DNA from: Stegostoma tigrinum | Lineage: Eukaryota | Assembly (NCBI RefSeq): GCF_030684315.1 | Contig: NC_081396.1 | Coordinates: 9,043,628 to 9,107,627, forward strand | DNA length: 64,000 nucleotides | Direction: 5' to 3' | Shown here: positions 24,061 to 36,770 of the stretch, piece by piece | Layout of the letters: every line of letters starts with the position of its first letter | How positions within the stretch are numbered: the stretch's first letter is position 1 | The notes under the pieces: model-generated | Databases searched by the model: none | What the model was told of the DNA's origin: nothing | What the model saw: the letters and a program-made list of their open reading frames with translations, nothing else | Position numbers and translations under genes: made by a program

Positions 24061-27000
24061 GGTCTTCTGTCCTCGTGTTTTAATGCAGTTCAGTTTCACA
24101 TTCTTGCATTTCAGTCATGTCCAAATGACAACATCCATTTCGAGTAAAACCCTTTTCTCCACGTGCAAAGACTCACCAAACTGATTTCAATACGTAATGA
24201 ATTCCTGTTCTTTGTGACTATTCTTGGAGCAGAAACAGAAACTCATCCTCTAGCTGGAAGTTACACTGGGAAATCGTGGTGAAAGCCTTTTGCTCTAAAC
24301 ACGAGAGCATCAAATAATTTAAAGTTAGCTGACTGAAAATACTTCGGAACTGTCGACAAATCTCACTCGTACTGCAGGCTGTCACTTACTGTCCCTTTTG
24401 CTCTCTTCACAGTGTGTGTCTTGACTTTAGAAAAACCATAAAATGAAAAGAATATTCAGCAGAAATGCATGGAGAGATAAATAGAGTCAATGTTTCAGCT
24501 CGATGATACGTGTCATCCACCAGAGATACAACAGGTGATGAAAGAACTTGATTGGGCAAATAAAGAGAATTGATTTAGTTTTGATCCAGGTTGACAAAAT
24601 AATTTGTGGGATTTTTGGAGGAAGTGCTACTCAAAAAGAAAAGAACAATGGAGCTAAAATTAGCTCCTTTAAAGCTGTCTGAATGTAGGCTGTGATGTAA
24701 AATTAGCAAGCACAAAAACTTAGAGGCTCATTTGAGATGAAAGTTTGAAGATTTACAGAATCAACCCAGTCCAGCAAAGTGAGGATACAGGGTTCTGAGA
24801 AATGGTCACTGGACCCAAACATTGACCCTGATTTTTTTCTTCACAGATGCGGCCAGACCTGCTGAGCTTTTCCAGCAACTTCTCTTTTTGTTCCTGATTT
24901 ACAGCATCCACATTTCTTTCGGATTTTATTCAGGAAACAGAGTTGATTTTGTTTCATAAAATTGAAGAAAATATTTGTGGGGAGCATTCCAGGTCCATGA
25001 TATTGCATTTTCAGTAGGTTTCATGTACTGGAACTCTCTGTCGAGACACGACCATCATCTTGTTTCAGAATCTTCTACAAGTCGATTGGTAGCTGTCATA
25101 ACTGCAAAAAGGATGAGATCATCAGTAATATTAAAAACAAAGTCATCAGATTCGAAAGAAGGAAATTCCAAGGAGGAAAACTGGCATGTAAAAGATTTGA
25201 GAAGCGAGTAATAGTACACTAGGATTGAGTGTCTGAAAAGGATATTGTTTGAAAATAAGTCGAACTGTTGTTTTACTGATTTTATTAATATCTTTATTAA
25301 ATATCGTTTGTAAAATTTATGTTGGTGCCTTTTGTCTCTTGAAGTCCGACCAATTTGAACAATTTCTTTCCAGCAATTCAACCTCGACTACTCCTGATAT
25401 TTAGCACTTCTACCTAACCTCATCTCAAACTTTTCTTCCTTCAATAAAACAATCCCAGAATCTTCAATATCTCTTTGAAACCCAAGTCAACTATCACTGG
25501 GATAATTTTGGTGAACGATTTCTACACGCTACCTATTGCTTTCACATCCATCTGAAGTGGTGCTAAAGGAAGTTTAAACACCCAAAAAATCTTACATTGC
25601 TTTTCTTGTCCAAAAAGACGAAACATATATATTTAAAATTCAGGATCTGTTATTCTGTCCTGACGCGTTCATGTAATTTTAGACACATGGTTTCACTTGG
25701 TTTCACTGTCCGGTCAGTGTTATTGGGAGTTTGGCTCCCTGCTGCACCAATCTGCTGCATTCAAAATGTTCCTTCCTGCATATTCGTCTTTCTAATTCTA
25801 GTTGGACAACAATGCTATTCTAGACACGCAAGGATTGAACAGATAGAGACAAATGAACACACACAAGATGCCAGATTCCAACAGTCATGGGCTGCTGTGA
25901 CAGCAAGCAAAATAGAAATTGTTGGAAAAGCTCAGTAGGTCTGGTAGCATCTGTGGAGAGAAATTAAAGTTAACGTTTTGGGTCGAGCGACCCTTCTGCA
26001 AAACTCATTTCCATCGATTTTGTGCTCTGAGGAAGAGTCACTCGACCAAAAACATTGACGCTGATTTCTCGCCACCATTTGATGCTGTCAAATCTACAGC
26101 AATTCCTTTTATTTTCTTTTTCAATATTTGGGAGATACGAATTCTGGAGAGACTGGAAGTGATAGAGTTGATATCAGGTAGCTTAAGAGGTATCAGAGCA
26201 GGGTCTTTCTTGTCATAAACAGCTTCACAAGCCATTTTGGGCTAAATGGCCTGATTCTGCCGTTATGTCCGTTATAATTCTAGATAATGTGCCAGACGAC
26301 CCCGAATCCGAAGCACATTAGGGAGGAGAACTGACCTTTTGTTTGCAAGATAATTTTCTAAATTTCCTTCCAAAACATCTCCACTTCTTATGGTTTATTA
26401 TTTCGTTCACACTGTTGTTTTGTAGATGTGGATGTAAGCCCAACGAAGCGAAGAGGATTTCTGGTATACAGTGCAATGAGCCCAATGAAGTAACCCAGAT
26501 ACTGTCCCCCCCCCCCCCCCACACACACTTTGCATATCTGTACTTTGGCTTTCACCACTTGGTATCTGTGAATTCAGACTTTAGTTCGTTTCTCACGGAA
26601 TAGAGGTTAAAATGGATACCTGCACATTTGCCAAGAATTCAGCCCAATCTGCTCTATTGTTGATGCATTCATTTGAGCTCAAACGTCTGTCGCCCTGCTA
26701 CGCTTGCTATCTTTCCTCCCACTTCCTGCTCACCCAAAATGCAACCAAATACACAGAATTGGATATACATTTGTTGGTTCCTGATCCAAATTGTTGATAA
26801 ATTTCGTGACAAGTTATGTCCACTCGAGTTTCAAGAATAGCTTATTCCCTGCAGTTATTAAACTGGTGAATGGACCCTCGAACTTCAATTCAGGCTAACG
26901 TTGTCTAGTGCCCGTTCAATGTGGTGTAACCTAAATGCCTTACTTTATCCAAATTTTCTTCACCCTATGATATATATGTCATTGCTTCCTATCTGTTCTG

Positions 27001-27149
27001 CTCACAAACAAAGATTTTGACATTGCTCGGGGACAGGTGACAATAAAACAAATCATGTCAAATCAGGATAGCACAGTATAAGGGAAACTTAACGCGTTTG
27101 TTGCTCTCTGTTAACGCATTTTAAACAGTTACATAATCATAGTGATACC

Positions 27150-28160
27150 GTCATAGTCGCAGACTTGTCCAAAAGTGAAACAGGCCCTTTCTTCCAAGCA
27201 ATTCATGCAGGCTATAATCCCAAACTGAATTAGTCCCGTCAGCCATCGCTTTGCCGTATACTTCCAAACATTTCTTACCCTTACACTTAGCTAAATGTCT
27301 TTTTGACCGTTGTTAGTACACTGCATCCACCACTTCTTCTGAAGTTCATTCCAAGCACAAACCACTCTCTGTGTTAATAAAATGCCCCTCGTGTCTTTTC
27401 TGAGTCTTTCTCCTCTCACCGTAAAAACAAACCCCCTTGACTTGAATTACCCACCCTCGGCAAAAGACCCTGCCATTCACCTTATGTATACCACTCATGA
27501 TATCATAAACCTTTGAAAGTTAACCCCTCAGCATCCTATACTCCAGTGAAAAAAATGTCCGAGCCTATACAGCCTCTCCTTAAACCTCAACCCTCCCATC
27601 TCAACAACATCCTGGCAAATCCCTTCAGAACCTAGCCAGCTTCATAATATCCTCTCTAGAACAGAGAGACCAGAACTGGACACAATACTCTAGAAGGGAC
27701 CTCACCAGCGTCCTGTACAAACTGAACATGATGTCCCAACTGTTACAACTAAAGGTCTGAGTAATGAAGGCAAGCATGCTAAATGCCTTCTCAGCCACAC
27801 TATCCAAATCTGAAGCAAAGTTAAAAAAATTGCGTACGTGAACCCCTGGGACTCTGTATTCTGCATCCAAAGCCCTACTTTCAATTGTGATGTGGAGATA
27901 CTGGTTTTGAACTGATTTGGAAAAATACAGAAGTGACACGACAACAGGTTATAGACCAACAGATTTATTTGATTTCACCTGATGAATGAGCAGAGGCTTG
28001 AAAACTGGTGATTTCAAAGAAACCTGTTGGACTCTCATCTGGCGTCTCATGGTTTCTGAAAACTTTTAATTATGTTGGTCTTGCCTCTCTTTTATCAAAA
28101 TGCAATACGTCTCATTGATCCAAATTAATCTCTATCTGCCACTCTTCAGCCCATTTCACG
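27150..28160 (-). mobile_element. CR1 LINE 3' fragment (with a palindromic insert at about 27920-28060)
   Basis: ORF 27625..27939 KAFSMLAFI...LYRTLVRSLLEYCVQFWS. Confidence 0.85.
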
Positions 28161-30303
28161 AAGTTGACGGGCCTGGTAAAAACTAATATCCAACAGAAAT
28201 GTATTTCCATTTTGTGCATTGCCGCCCTTCACAAAACAGACTGACGAATTATGTTAAAGTTACCAACTATCATATCAGGAAATTAGCAGAGCAGAGGACT
28301 GCTTGTCGATTTCTTGGCGTAAGGGAAATCTGTAACAGAGTTCTGATCCGGGAAAATCGTGTTACCGCCGCTTACATCAATTTCATCACTTGAAAGAAGA
28401 GGGGAAACATCAACGTTGAAAAGCAACTAAGTTCAGAAGCTACTGATAATGGATTAACAGGCAAAGCTGAACTCCTTCTCAGGACCAAGCAATACCTGGA
28501 AACAAACGATATCTCTGTTGAAATCAATGATTAATTACAGGATTTAATGCCTTCTCTCTATTAGGCTTAAAACATTTTCAGACAATTATCTAGAGAACAT
28601 CATCTATTCGGCATAGAAATAATGATTTTCCATATGCCTAGAACAAGATAAGAACAGCTTGCATCTATGGATGTTACAATTCATTGAAATTTATTTAAGA
28701 TTCTTTATCAATCATAGACCTTAACCTTTCATTACTACAGCATTTTGGACAGTGTGGGATTGGATTCTGCCTTTGCTAGTCAACGTGACCATTGCCTGAG
28801 GTGCTCGTCCAGTCTGCCAACTGGGACATTCCACACGTAAAGAAATCCCGAAATATTCTTTTCAATATTGAATAAAGGGCGCATAATTGTTTGTTTGTTC
28901 AGGAAGACTAGACAGTATTCACTCTTTATTTAAGAATGCATATTATTTCCTTAATATTCTGTTTAAACTAAAAAAAATCTTGTACACTATCAGCGGATAG
29001 CTAATCTAGAACTGAAGCAAAGTATTGTTTTGGAACTGAACCGTTGGTTTATCACGTTAACGAATTGATTCAAACAAAACCGAAGAGAGACAGAACCAAT
29101 CATGATCTAGCGATGTAGTTACAATGAGGTGATTTTCCTTTATAAACATGTGCAGTTGGCACCTCACAGGACCACGGACCCGGGTTCGATGCCATCCTTG
29201 GACAGAGCGGAGTTTGTACATTGTCCCCGTGTCTGCATGGGTTTCCTCTGGGTGCTCCGGTTTCCTCTCAACGTGTAAAGATGTGCACGTCAGGTGGAAT
29301 GGCCATGTTAAGTTGACCCATATTGTCCAGGGATGTGTAGGTTAAGTGGATGAGCCATGGGGGCTTGCGGGTATAGGTTGAGGGGTTGAGTTGGTGGCAT
29401 TCTCTTTAGAGAACCAGTTTAGACTGATTGGCCTCTTTTCACATTGTTGGATTTGTGTGATTCCAATGGCTTTGGCCTCGAAATGCTTGCAAAGTGAATG
29501 CAAGAGAGTATCCCATGTTCGACATTCCATCAGATCTTATTCACTACTTCTGTAAATAAAGCCTGAGACTAAGTCACTGTAAGGTTTGTGCCAGGTGAGA
29601 AAAGGAATCATTGTGTCATGCACAGGAGGAATGCACTTTCAAAGTCTTCATGTCGGGTTCACGGTTAATGACCTTGGGGCGGGGCGGGGGGTGGGGGGCG
29701 GCGGTAAGTGTGGATTTTCTGCGGAACACGCTGAATCATGAGACGCTGGGAACTGCCAGCTGTCCATATGGGACAGAATATCAATGGAATTGCAGGCTAT
29801 AATATGGAATTAAGCCAAGATTCAAAAACGTGTTGATGCAATAGACTTCAGAAATTAATTGCCAACTGTTGCTGATTTAGGGAGAAAAATAACTGGGAAC
29901 ATTTCTGTTGAAGAATTTGAAATTTAACTTTTGGTAAGCGGTATGAATAAAATATGCAATTTCAACATGTGGTAAGAACAACTGGGGCATTGGTAACATA
30001 AGCATTTGAAGGTACCAACATGCATTGAGAAAATTACTGAAAACCCTGTGGAATAATTCCGCTCGAGACAGGGGAACAGTGTCCAGCCTTGTGGTGAATA
30101 TGGTAAACATTGACAAATTATTTATTTTGTGTTTAATTGATTTTACAGAACACATTGGAATGATCGATTGCCCATTTGCAGCAGAAACGACAAAAAATGT
30201 TTACAAATAAAGATCTATTGATAGTTGGAATTAACAGCAGCAAGTGAATGCTGTTACAATTAAGACTGAAACAAAAAGACTGCGGAATTGTTGCTGGAAA
30301 CAG

Positions 30304-30385
30304 CAGTGAGATCGTGCCTCCAACCCACGCGTGCAAAGCATAATAGATTAACAGTCCATCGCCCTAACCTCTCGGCCACCTCGTC
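30304..30385 (-). pseudogene. tRNA-Ser(GCT)-derived pseudogene, anticodon now GTT
   Basis: Minus strand GACGAGGTGGCCGAGAGGTTAGGGCGATGGACTGTTAATCTATTATGCTTTGCACGCGTGGGTT... matches vertebrate tRNA-Ser(GCT) with its long variable arm; the T-loop/B box and acceptor stem are disrupted. Confidence 0.85.
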
Positions 30386-30409
30386 AGACACAGGGTCCCT
30401 TACTGGTTG

Positions 30410-30690
30410 GCCTCAGAGCGCTAGAGAGATAGTTCGATTCCACCATCGCTGACTGTCTGTGTAGAGCTTCCATGTTCTCCCCGTGTCTGCGTGGGTTTCT
30501 GCTGGGTGCTTCGGATTCATCCCACAGTCAAAAGACGCACATGCTAGGTGGATAGGCAATGCTAAATTGCCTGCAGTGTTCAGCAACATGGAGACTAAGT
30601 GGGTTGGAGGCTCTGCGTGGGATGTTCTCGGGGTTGGTATGGAGCTTTTGGTCTGGTGGGCCTGTTTCCACACTGCAGGGATTCTGCATG
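30410..30690 (+). mobile_element. HE1-type SINE (older)
   Basis: GTTCGATTCC B box and conserved SINE body. Confidence 0.8.
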
Positions 30691-33600
30691 TAGAAGTTGT
30701 CAGGAAATCAAATGGTAGAAGCATTACGGGGGAAAATATATTTTCTGATAAATTTCAACATCAATTCTAGCAAAATGTCTCAGCAGTCCTGAGGGACCGA
30801 TTGTTCTACCTTTACTCGTGTTACTTCGTGATCATGCCTTTATGTACGGACATGAAAAAAAACTCATGATTTTGTTTCCATCAGTCGGAGTAGAATCGTA
30901 TTGACTGTGTTTTCTACGAAGACTTTCGTGAAAACATATGATTCATATGTCGCATTGATGCCAGTGGATGTGTCTTTTTCGAATTTTTTTTCTTTTTCGA
31001 AATTTTTGCCAAAAGTTGCAAGAGTAAAAATCCATAAATTCAGATGCACAGATACCTGTCATAAGCAGAAAGCCATCAGATGTAATAATTGCACGCACTT
31101 TTTTCTTTTATTTCATAAACGTATCAGTCAAGTTAAACTTATAATAATTTACTTCCAGATCTGTGGATATTGTTAAGAATTGAGCACTTTTCATAGCATC
31201 AGTGACCACCCTTATGTTCGCCATTGCTCATGACAGCCTCCTGCCAGGAACCCATATAATTGCCAAATTGCACCGACTGCAAACACAAAAACGCTACAGC
31301 AATTATCTTCCGGTGAAGGAAATATTGTGTGATACCTTAATGCTTTTAAAAAGTGTGGTTCCATGTGAAAGTTACATATGAACTCGCCGCGACTACCACC
31401 ACCGCCTTAAATTATAAATGCTGTTAAGTTCAAAAAGGCTCCCTGTATTATCATACGTTACACAGTGGGCCTACCGATGGAGCAGAAATTGATAAATTAC
31501 TGGCTATATTTAGTGTGCAGCCAACAGTTTTGGTGGGGGGGGGGGGCGGGGGGGTTGTAAGGGCCTTTGAACATGAAGGATTGTTTTCATGTTGTGGATA
31601 ATTTAAAAAAAAACTTTTTTTTTGACAGAAAATAAACAATGGCCAAACATTGTGAAGTTTCTAATGTGTATGTTTCTGCCAGAGTTTCAGTTTCCACCTG
31701 CCCCAGATAAATATCTTTCGTTTCACTGCCACTCTTCAACGAATGTGCAATGTTATTGACATAAGGGATAAAACTGTTTGATTTGTCACTTTTACCGTGA
31801 GAAAGATTCCTTGTGAATAAAGGAGACATATCGTTAGTACTGTTTTAACAGCTGACGGTCAGTTGATGAGAATTGCGCACTACTGCTGTAACCTGACAGG
31901 GACAGTTGTGGTCCAAAGATGTCGGTACGAAACAGGTGCACTTCTGGTTCTAACGCTAGTTTTTCATCTCCAACTGACTCTTAGGTGGAAGCAAAAGGGC
32001 AGTGATAAAATGATTTCGTAAGAGGTATTTGAACAACTGCACACACTGCTGACACAGTTTATTCACACCTCAATTGCATTTTGTGGTGAAATCAACAAAA
32101 CGATAAAGTAGTTTAATTAAGATAGAAATTGATATGGAACTATTTTTATGCGATACAGAGAATGTTGAGGCGGCTGCTTGTGCACCCAGGTAAGTTAAAT
32201 GAGCAAATGATACGGAGGAAACATTTAGGGGAAACCCTTCAGGAGAAAGTCTTGACAAAAAGCTTTCATAATTTAGCCATTGTGTAGAATTTGGAACCTG
32301 AAACAACCTTTTTGACTGTGTCACGACCTGAAGACGTCCGAAAACCTTTTCCAGCCGAGCGTTTTGTTCCAGTCACTGTGTAATGCAACAGGAAATATGA
32401 ACACAGCAAGCTGTCAAAACAATAAAATGAACAAGAACACATATTATCTTGCGTTTGTTTCTGTTGTGGGAGAATAATGGCTCGGGCATAGGGCTCTCCT
32501 GCCCTTCAAGTGGCATCTTGGAATAATTACCTCCATCTGCTGATTATAGATTAGTCCCACATTTGATATCTCATGCATCAGAGAACATCTCGAGCATTTC
32601 AACAACTACCTATTGTCTTTTAGCTTCAGTTCCAATGTACGAGCCTGGGAATAAGAAGTGAGACCATGCACAGTAATCGCATTGTGTGCTCCTCTCTCTA
32701 CCAGGTGATCAATCGGTGGAAATCCATATTAGAGCAGATAGCAACATGCTTCTTCATCTGCGTGTGGTCTGAAGAAAATGTGGAGCATTAGAAGAAACAG
32801 ATATGGAGATCAGAAGATTTATGAAAGGAATCCAGAGGTTATGGGTGCAATGACTGCAGAAATTACAGAGGATAATGCAGTGATGCAATTCAGGAAGTGC
32901 GGGTGCCTTGGGGACTTTTAAGAGTGCATTGAGTATAGACCTAGAGAGGGACAATGTTATGGAGTGATTCGATGAAATTAAAGAAATGGATGAGGATTTT
33001 AAAATATTGGTGTTTGTTAAATGGAAAACACCAGGTCCGAGAGGACGGGCTCTGGTTAAGCTTATCATCCTGCAAATCGACAAAATATTTCTGATATACT
33101 CGAGCTGATGAGTTCCAGCAAATGGGATGGTGATCAAGTCTGTGCTTGGTGATCACATTGGCAGTGGTTTTTCAAGTGCATGGCCAGATTGAGCACTTTT
33201 ATGTGAGTGAAGCATAAATGGAAATTAAAGCAGTCCATTACAATAACTCGAGTAGTGTCTCCTCATTTCTCTTCAGTTTTTGTAATCAGCTTCCACTACA
33301 ATATAAAATTTATTGAATTTTAATCAGCAAGGAAACAGAGATTGACATAGTGAAAGGTCGTTTTCCTCTGGGAAAGTGAATGTAACAACAAAACCCAGAA
33401 TGTGTTACGGGGTTTAAAGTGTCGGATAACATAGCACTGACAAGAAGACGAGGGGAGTGTGGTGAGATTCTCCCAAATTCTGCGGCAACATTCTGCCATT
33501 TGCATAATCCCTACAGTCCCTTCTTTCATTCCAACATTTCTATCTCACATCTATCCTTCTGTTTATGCTCACTAATTCTGTTCCTACACTGTTGATGTAT

Positions 33601-34266
33601 ATGCCTGCAATGCTCAAATTAGCAACATGGAGTCTCTGTGAGACCATCTCTGTGCCCACGCTTAAATTACGGGTCCCCTGAATTATGCAATGGTGGTTAT
33701 CAGTTGACCTTTTCTTCTTACACGATTTATCGGTCCTGAATCTTTGCACCAGTGGCATATGCTGAGGTGAGCCGTACTGACGTTTCCCTCCTTATTGGAG
33801 AGACATCTGCGTGCAATTTGTCCTGATTTCATTATCGTTTGAATTCATCTTTTGCAGATTGTATAAATAAAAGAGAGTACGACTTGTCTTTACATGGCAC
33901 CTTTCACCATTTCAGGATTTCACAATGCGGGACCACATTTCACCATTAATGCTGAGTTTGGAGGGAGTACTCAATTAAATGTCGTTCCAGGCGCTAGGCT
34001 GCACTTCTTGAAATACAGCACGAATCTTAAAACGTGCACTGGAGGCAACGAATGAGGTCCAGTTTTACACTTCATTCAAATAATCTTTCAGCACTTCACT
34101 GAAACGCCATCTGAAGTTGTTGGTCGAAACCTCAGCGTATGAGTTGAAAACGTGTTTATTCTGTGCAAAGAGTGGTCCCTCTGATCTACAGTCGTAAGGT
34201 ATTGACAGGATTAGCAGGTCTGGACAAGGCAGAGAATTCATGAAGGGCACCTCACTCAGAACTGAC

Positions 34267-34305
34267 AGTTTTTGTACCAGTGCCAAGGATGCATGTACCA
34301 TGGTG
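34267..34305 (-). promoter_or_regulatory. 23-bp-spacer recombination signal sequence of V1
   Basis: Minus strand CACCATG, 23 nt, ACAAAAACT, directly after the ..CAAVK codons. Confidence 0.85.
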
Positions 34306-34613
34306 CTTCACAGCCGCACAGTAAGACATGGCCGAGTAAGACAGTTGGGTGTCCACGATGTTCAAAGGAATGTTTGTGTTCGTTCTGTCCTGCATGGCAG
34401 AAAACTGCATCGCAAAACTCATTGCGGTGTGTTCGTTAGCAGAAGTGTGTCTGCCCAGCATGTACTGAAGGCCTTTTTCCGAGTACCGCACATACCTGTA
34501 AAGATCAGCGGCTGTGTATGTCACGGGGTACTTACAGGACAACGCCACAGTCTCTCCTTCACTCACTGATACTACTGGTGGCGTTTGGGAAAGGCCATTC
34601 TGTCGGCAGAGCT
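34306..34613 (-). pseudogene. TCR alpha/delta-type V segment V1, V exon (open frame but structurally degenerate)
   Basis: SQTPPVVSVSEGETVALSC...; both cysteines kept, but the core Trp is replaced (LYRY versus LFWY) and DxAxYYC has become YSAMSYC; acceptor tttccag at 34615-34614. Confidence 0.85.
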
Positions 34614-35017
34614 CTGGAAAAGAAATAGTTACCATCCTAACTTTTACAGGTAACTTTTTATTTCAGTTTGGACTAAATACCAAATTGAACATGGGTGTGC
34701 TCAATTGACATCTCTTCCAGCATTCAACGACTCAGCCAAGGTTTTTGGCCCTCGTTTTGCTTATCCTGGACTATTCACCATGTACGTTGTCTCTCGGTGT
34801 GCTGTTCAGCCGATAGAGCAGGTCAAGGGGGAATATTCCTTCCTGCAAATCTCCATTTGTGACAGCAACAGGCCTTCTACTTGAAATAGCAAAAGACATT
34901 GACGTCTGATCAAAGCCCCTGGAAGTATGTATCAATAACAGATAGAAATACAAAGGAAAGAAGATGACCACTGAAAATAACAAGCATGCAAAGAATACAA
35001 TCTGGCAAAATACCTAC

Positions 35018-35105
35018 TCGGCAGAAACATTATGAGGCAAAATAACACTTTCACAGACACTGGTTTGGTCCAGCAGACACAGAGAGGACGAGAAGAAACG
35101 TTCAT
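35018..35105 (-). CDS. Leader exon of V1 (MNVSSRPLCVCWTKPVSVKVLFCLIMFLP)
   Basis: 88-nt ATG exon, hydrophobic 3' half, phase-1 donor A|GTAGGT that joins the V exon in frame. Confidence 0.7.
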
Positions 35106-35184
35106 GTTGTTTTCTCAGTCAGTACTCCTGTCGTCTGTGGAAGTATGTGCTGCGTGCTCTGTTAGCTTTCACAAGTAGATAAAC

Positions 35185-35262
35185 CTGCACTTTATAGACG
35201 ATATGGACATCACACCATTTATTTGGCAACCCAGCAGCTGATAGGTACCATGGAGGAAGTGA
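35185..35262 (-). promoter_or_regulatory. Candidate V1 promoter (TATA, E-box, Ets)
   Basis: CTATAAAG (35197-35190), CAGCTG (35235-35240) and GAGGAAGT (35253-35260); all three are conserved upstream of V2. Confidence 0.45.
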
Positions 35263-35429
35263 TGGGAAAAACAAAGTGAACAAATCAGAAGAAACTTCAT
35301 TGCTCTATCTGCACCTGAGACTCAATGGTGACTTTCTCTAATAACCATCATTTTCATAAATTGAAGTAAAAGTCATTTTCTTTATTAGTATTATCATTAG
35401 CCATTTCGCAGAAATTGGCGATCATTTCA

Positions 35430-36770
35430 ATTGAAGCATTTATTGACCATCTCTAATTGCCCTTCAAAAGGTGGGGAAAGCTGAATTCTTGATGAACAGT
35501 TGTCCTTGACATGCAGTCAATATGTACAACGCCGGTAAGTATGGAGATCCATTATTCTGACTTCCAGAGAGTGAAAGGATGCAATCTGCCACTTTTATCA
35601 GTCTCGTTGGTGAAGCTGATGGTTGTGGAAGGTTCTCTGAGGGCTACCTCGTAGGTTTCCACAAACTATTTTATCGTTGGTAAACTCTGCCGTCATTGTA
35701 CGGGGAGAGGAAATGTTTATGGATTAGATGCCTATCAACTGACTTGTTTTACCTTAGACTGTGTCGAACTTCATGAGTTTTGATGCAACTGAGTACATCC
35801 AGGCAAGTGAAGAGTATTTCTTCACATTTCTCACTTCTGCATTATTGATGGTATAGAGTCTTTGTGGAGACTGGTTTGATGTCCTGCCTGTAGCACTCGT
35901 CGCTGTTGACGCATTTTGTTTGTTCCAATATTCATAGAGATTGCCCAGTTCATGTTCTGGATTATGTCACCCACAGGACATTGATTGTGGGAGATGGAAT
36001 GATGGCAATGCCATTGACTGCCAAGAAGAGAGTGTAAGGCTCTCTTATTTTTCAGAAAGTCATTTACAATCCTTCTGGTGGTATTACATTTGTCTCCCAT
36101 TATTCAGAACAGCATTGTTATTTTCCCATTCTCACTGTCTTTGCATGTCAGATGTTTCATAGCCCGATTAGTCAGAAGAGAAAGACATGGAAGCTGAGGA
36201 TTCCAGTGGGGATGGTGATGCTCTGGAAAATGTTATCATTTATAAAGAGCAGATATCATCTATTTTAGATGGTATAAAGTTGAACAAATCCACGTGATGC
36301 AATGAGATGTATCCCCAGCTTTCTTTGGGAAGCAAGGGAGGAGATTTCTCTGCCTCTAGTGGAGATATTTGATAATTCCTTTGTTCAAGAAGTGCAGCAG
36401 GGATAGGCGAGACCATTACAGGCAGGTGAGTGAGATCAATGGCAGGGAATACTTTGGTAAAACGTTCAGAGAGATAGGATTAGTTAACACATGAATAAGC
36501 AGTAATTGATGAGGAATAGTCAGCGTGGATTTGTTAGAAGGAGATCCTGTCTGACCAAATTAATTGAGTTTACAGCTCACTGGTAGTAGTGCCATTGATG
36601 TGTGTACATGGACAAGGTTCTTCATAGAAAGTTAGTCCAAAACGTAAGGACCCATGGATTGTTGGCGACTTGGCAAATTGGTTCAAAAATCGCCTTGCAA
36701 GCAGGAGGCAATGGGTAATGGTGGAGAGATGCTTTCGTGATTGGAAACCTTTGACCAGAGGGGTATTTGG
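35430..36770. mobile_element. Two adjacent degraded LINE fragments (minus 35430-36080, plus CR1 36180-36770); paralog at about 57365-58870
   Basis: CR1-like remnants such as SQ.GFV.RRSCLT.LIEF and RQ.VMVE.CF.DWK. Confidence 0.65.

Noticed and set aside
25055-25381. 108-aa ORF as a viral or host exon
   Set aside because: Resembles a decayed CR1 C-terminus (SRTRGH-like), with a CR1-like upstream flank.
31461-31490. Perfect CACAGTG heptamer conserved in both copies (also near 53215)
   Set aside because: The nearest nonamer-like sequence is at 14-nt spacing, and no D- or J-like coding flank is present.
31690-31890. Possible plus-strand V-domain relic (SFHC...VQCY...AHYC)
   Set aside because: Cys-Cys spacing of about 52 codons is too short, with multiple stops and no RSS.
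32754-33137. 127-aa ORF conserved in both cassette copies (also 54401-54784)
   Set aside because: The opposite strand shows degraded CR1 motifs (KTPGP.G...VP..); the conservation is explained by the duplication.
34771-34983. Hydrophobic ORF MLFSVVIFFPLYFYLLL as the V1 leader
   Set aside because: Non-ATG start and no phase-1 donor; it lies inside the intron defined by the better leader at 35105-35018.
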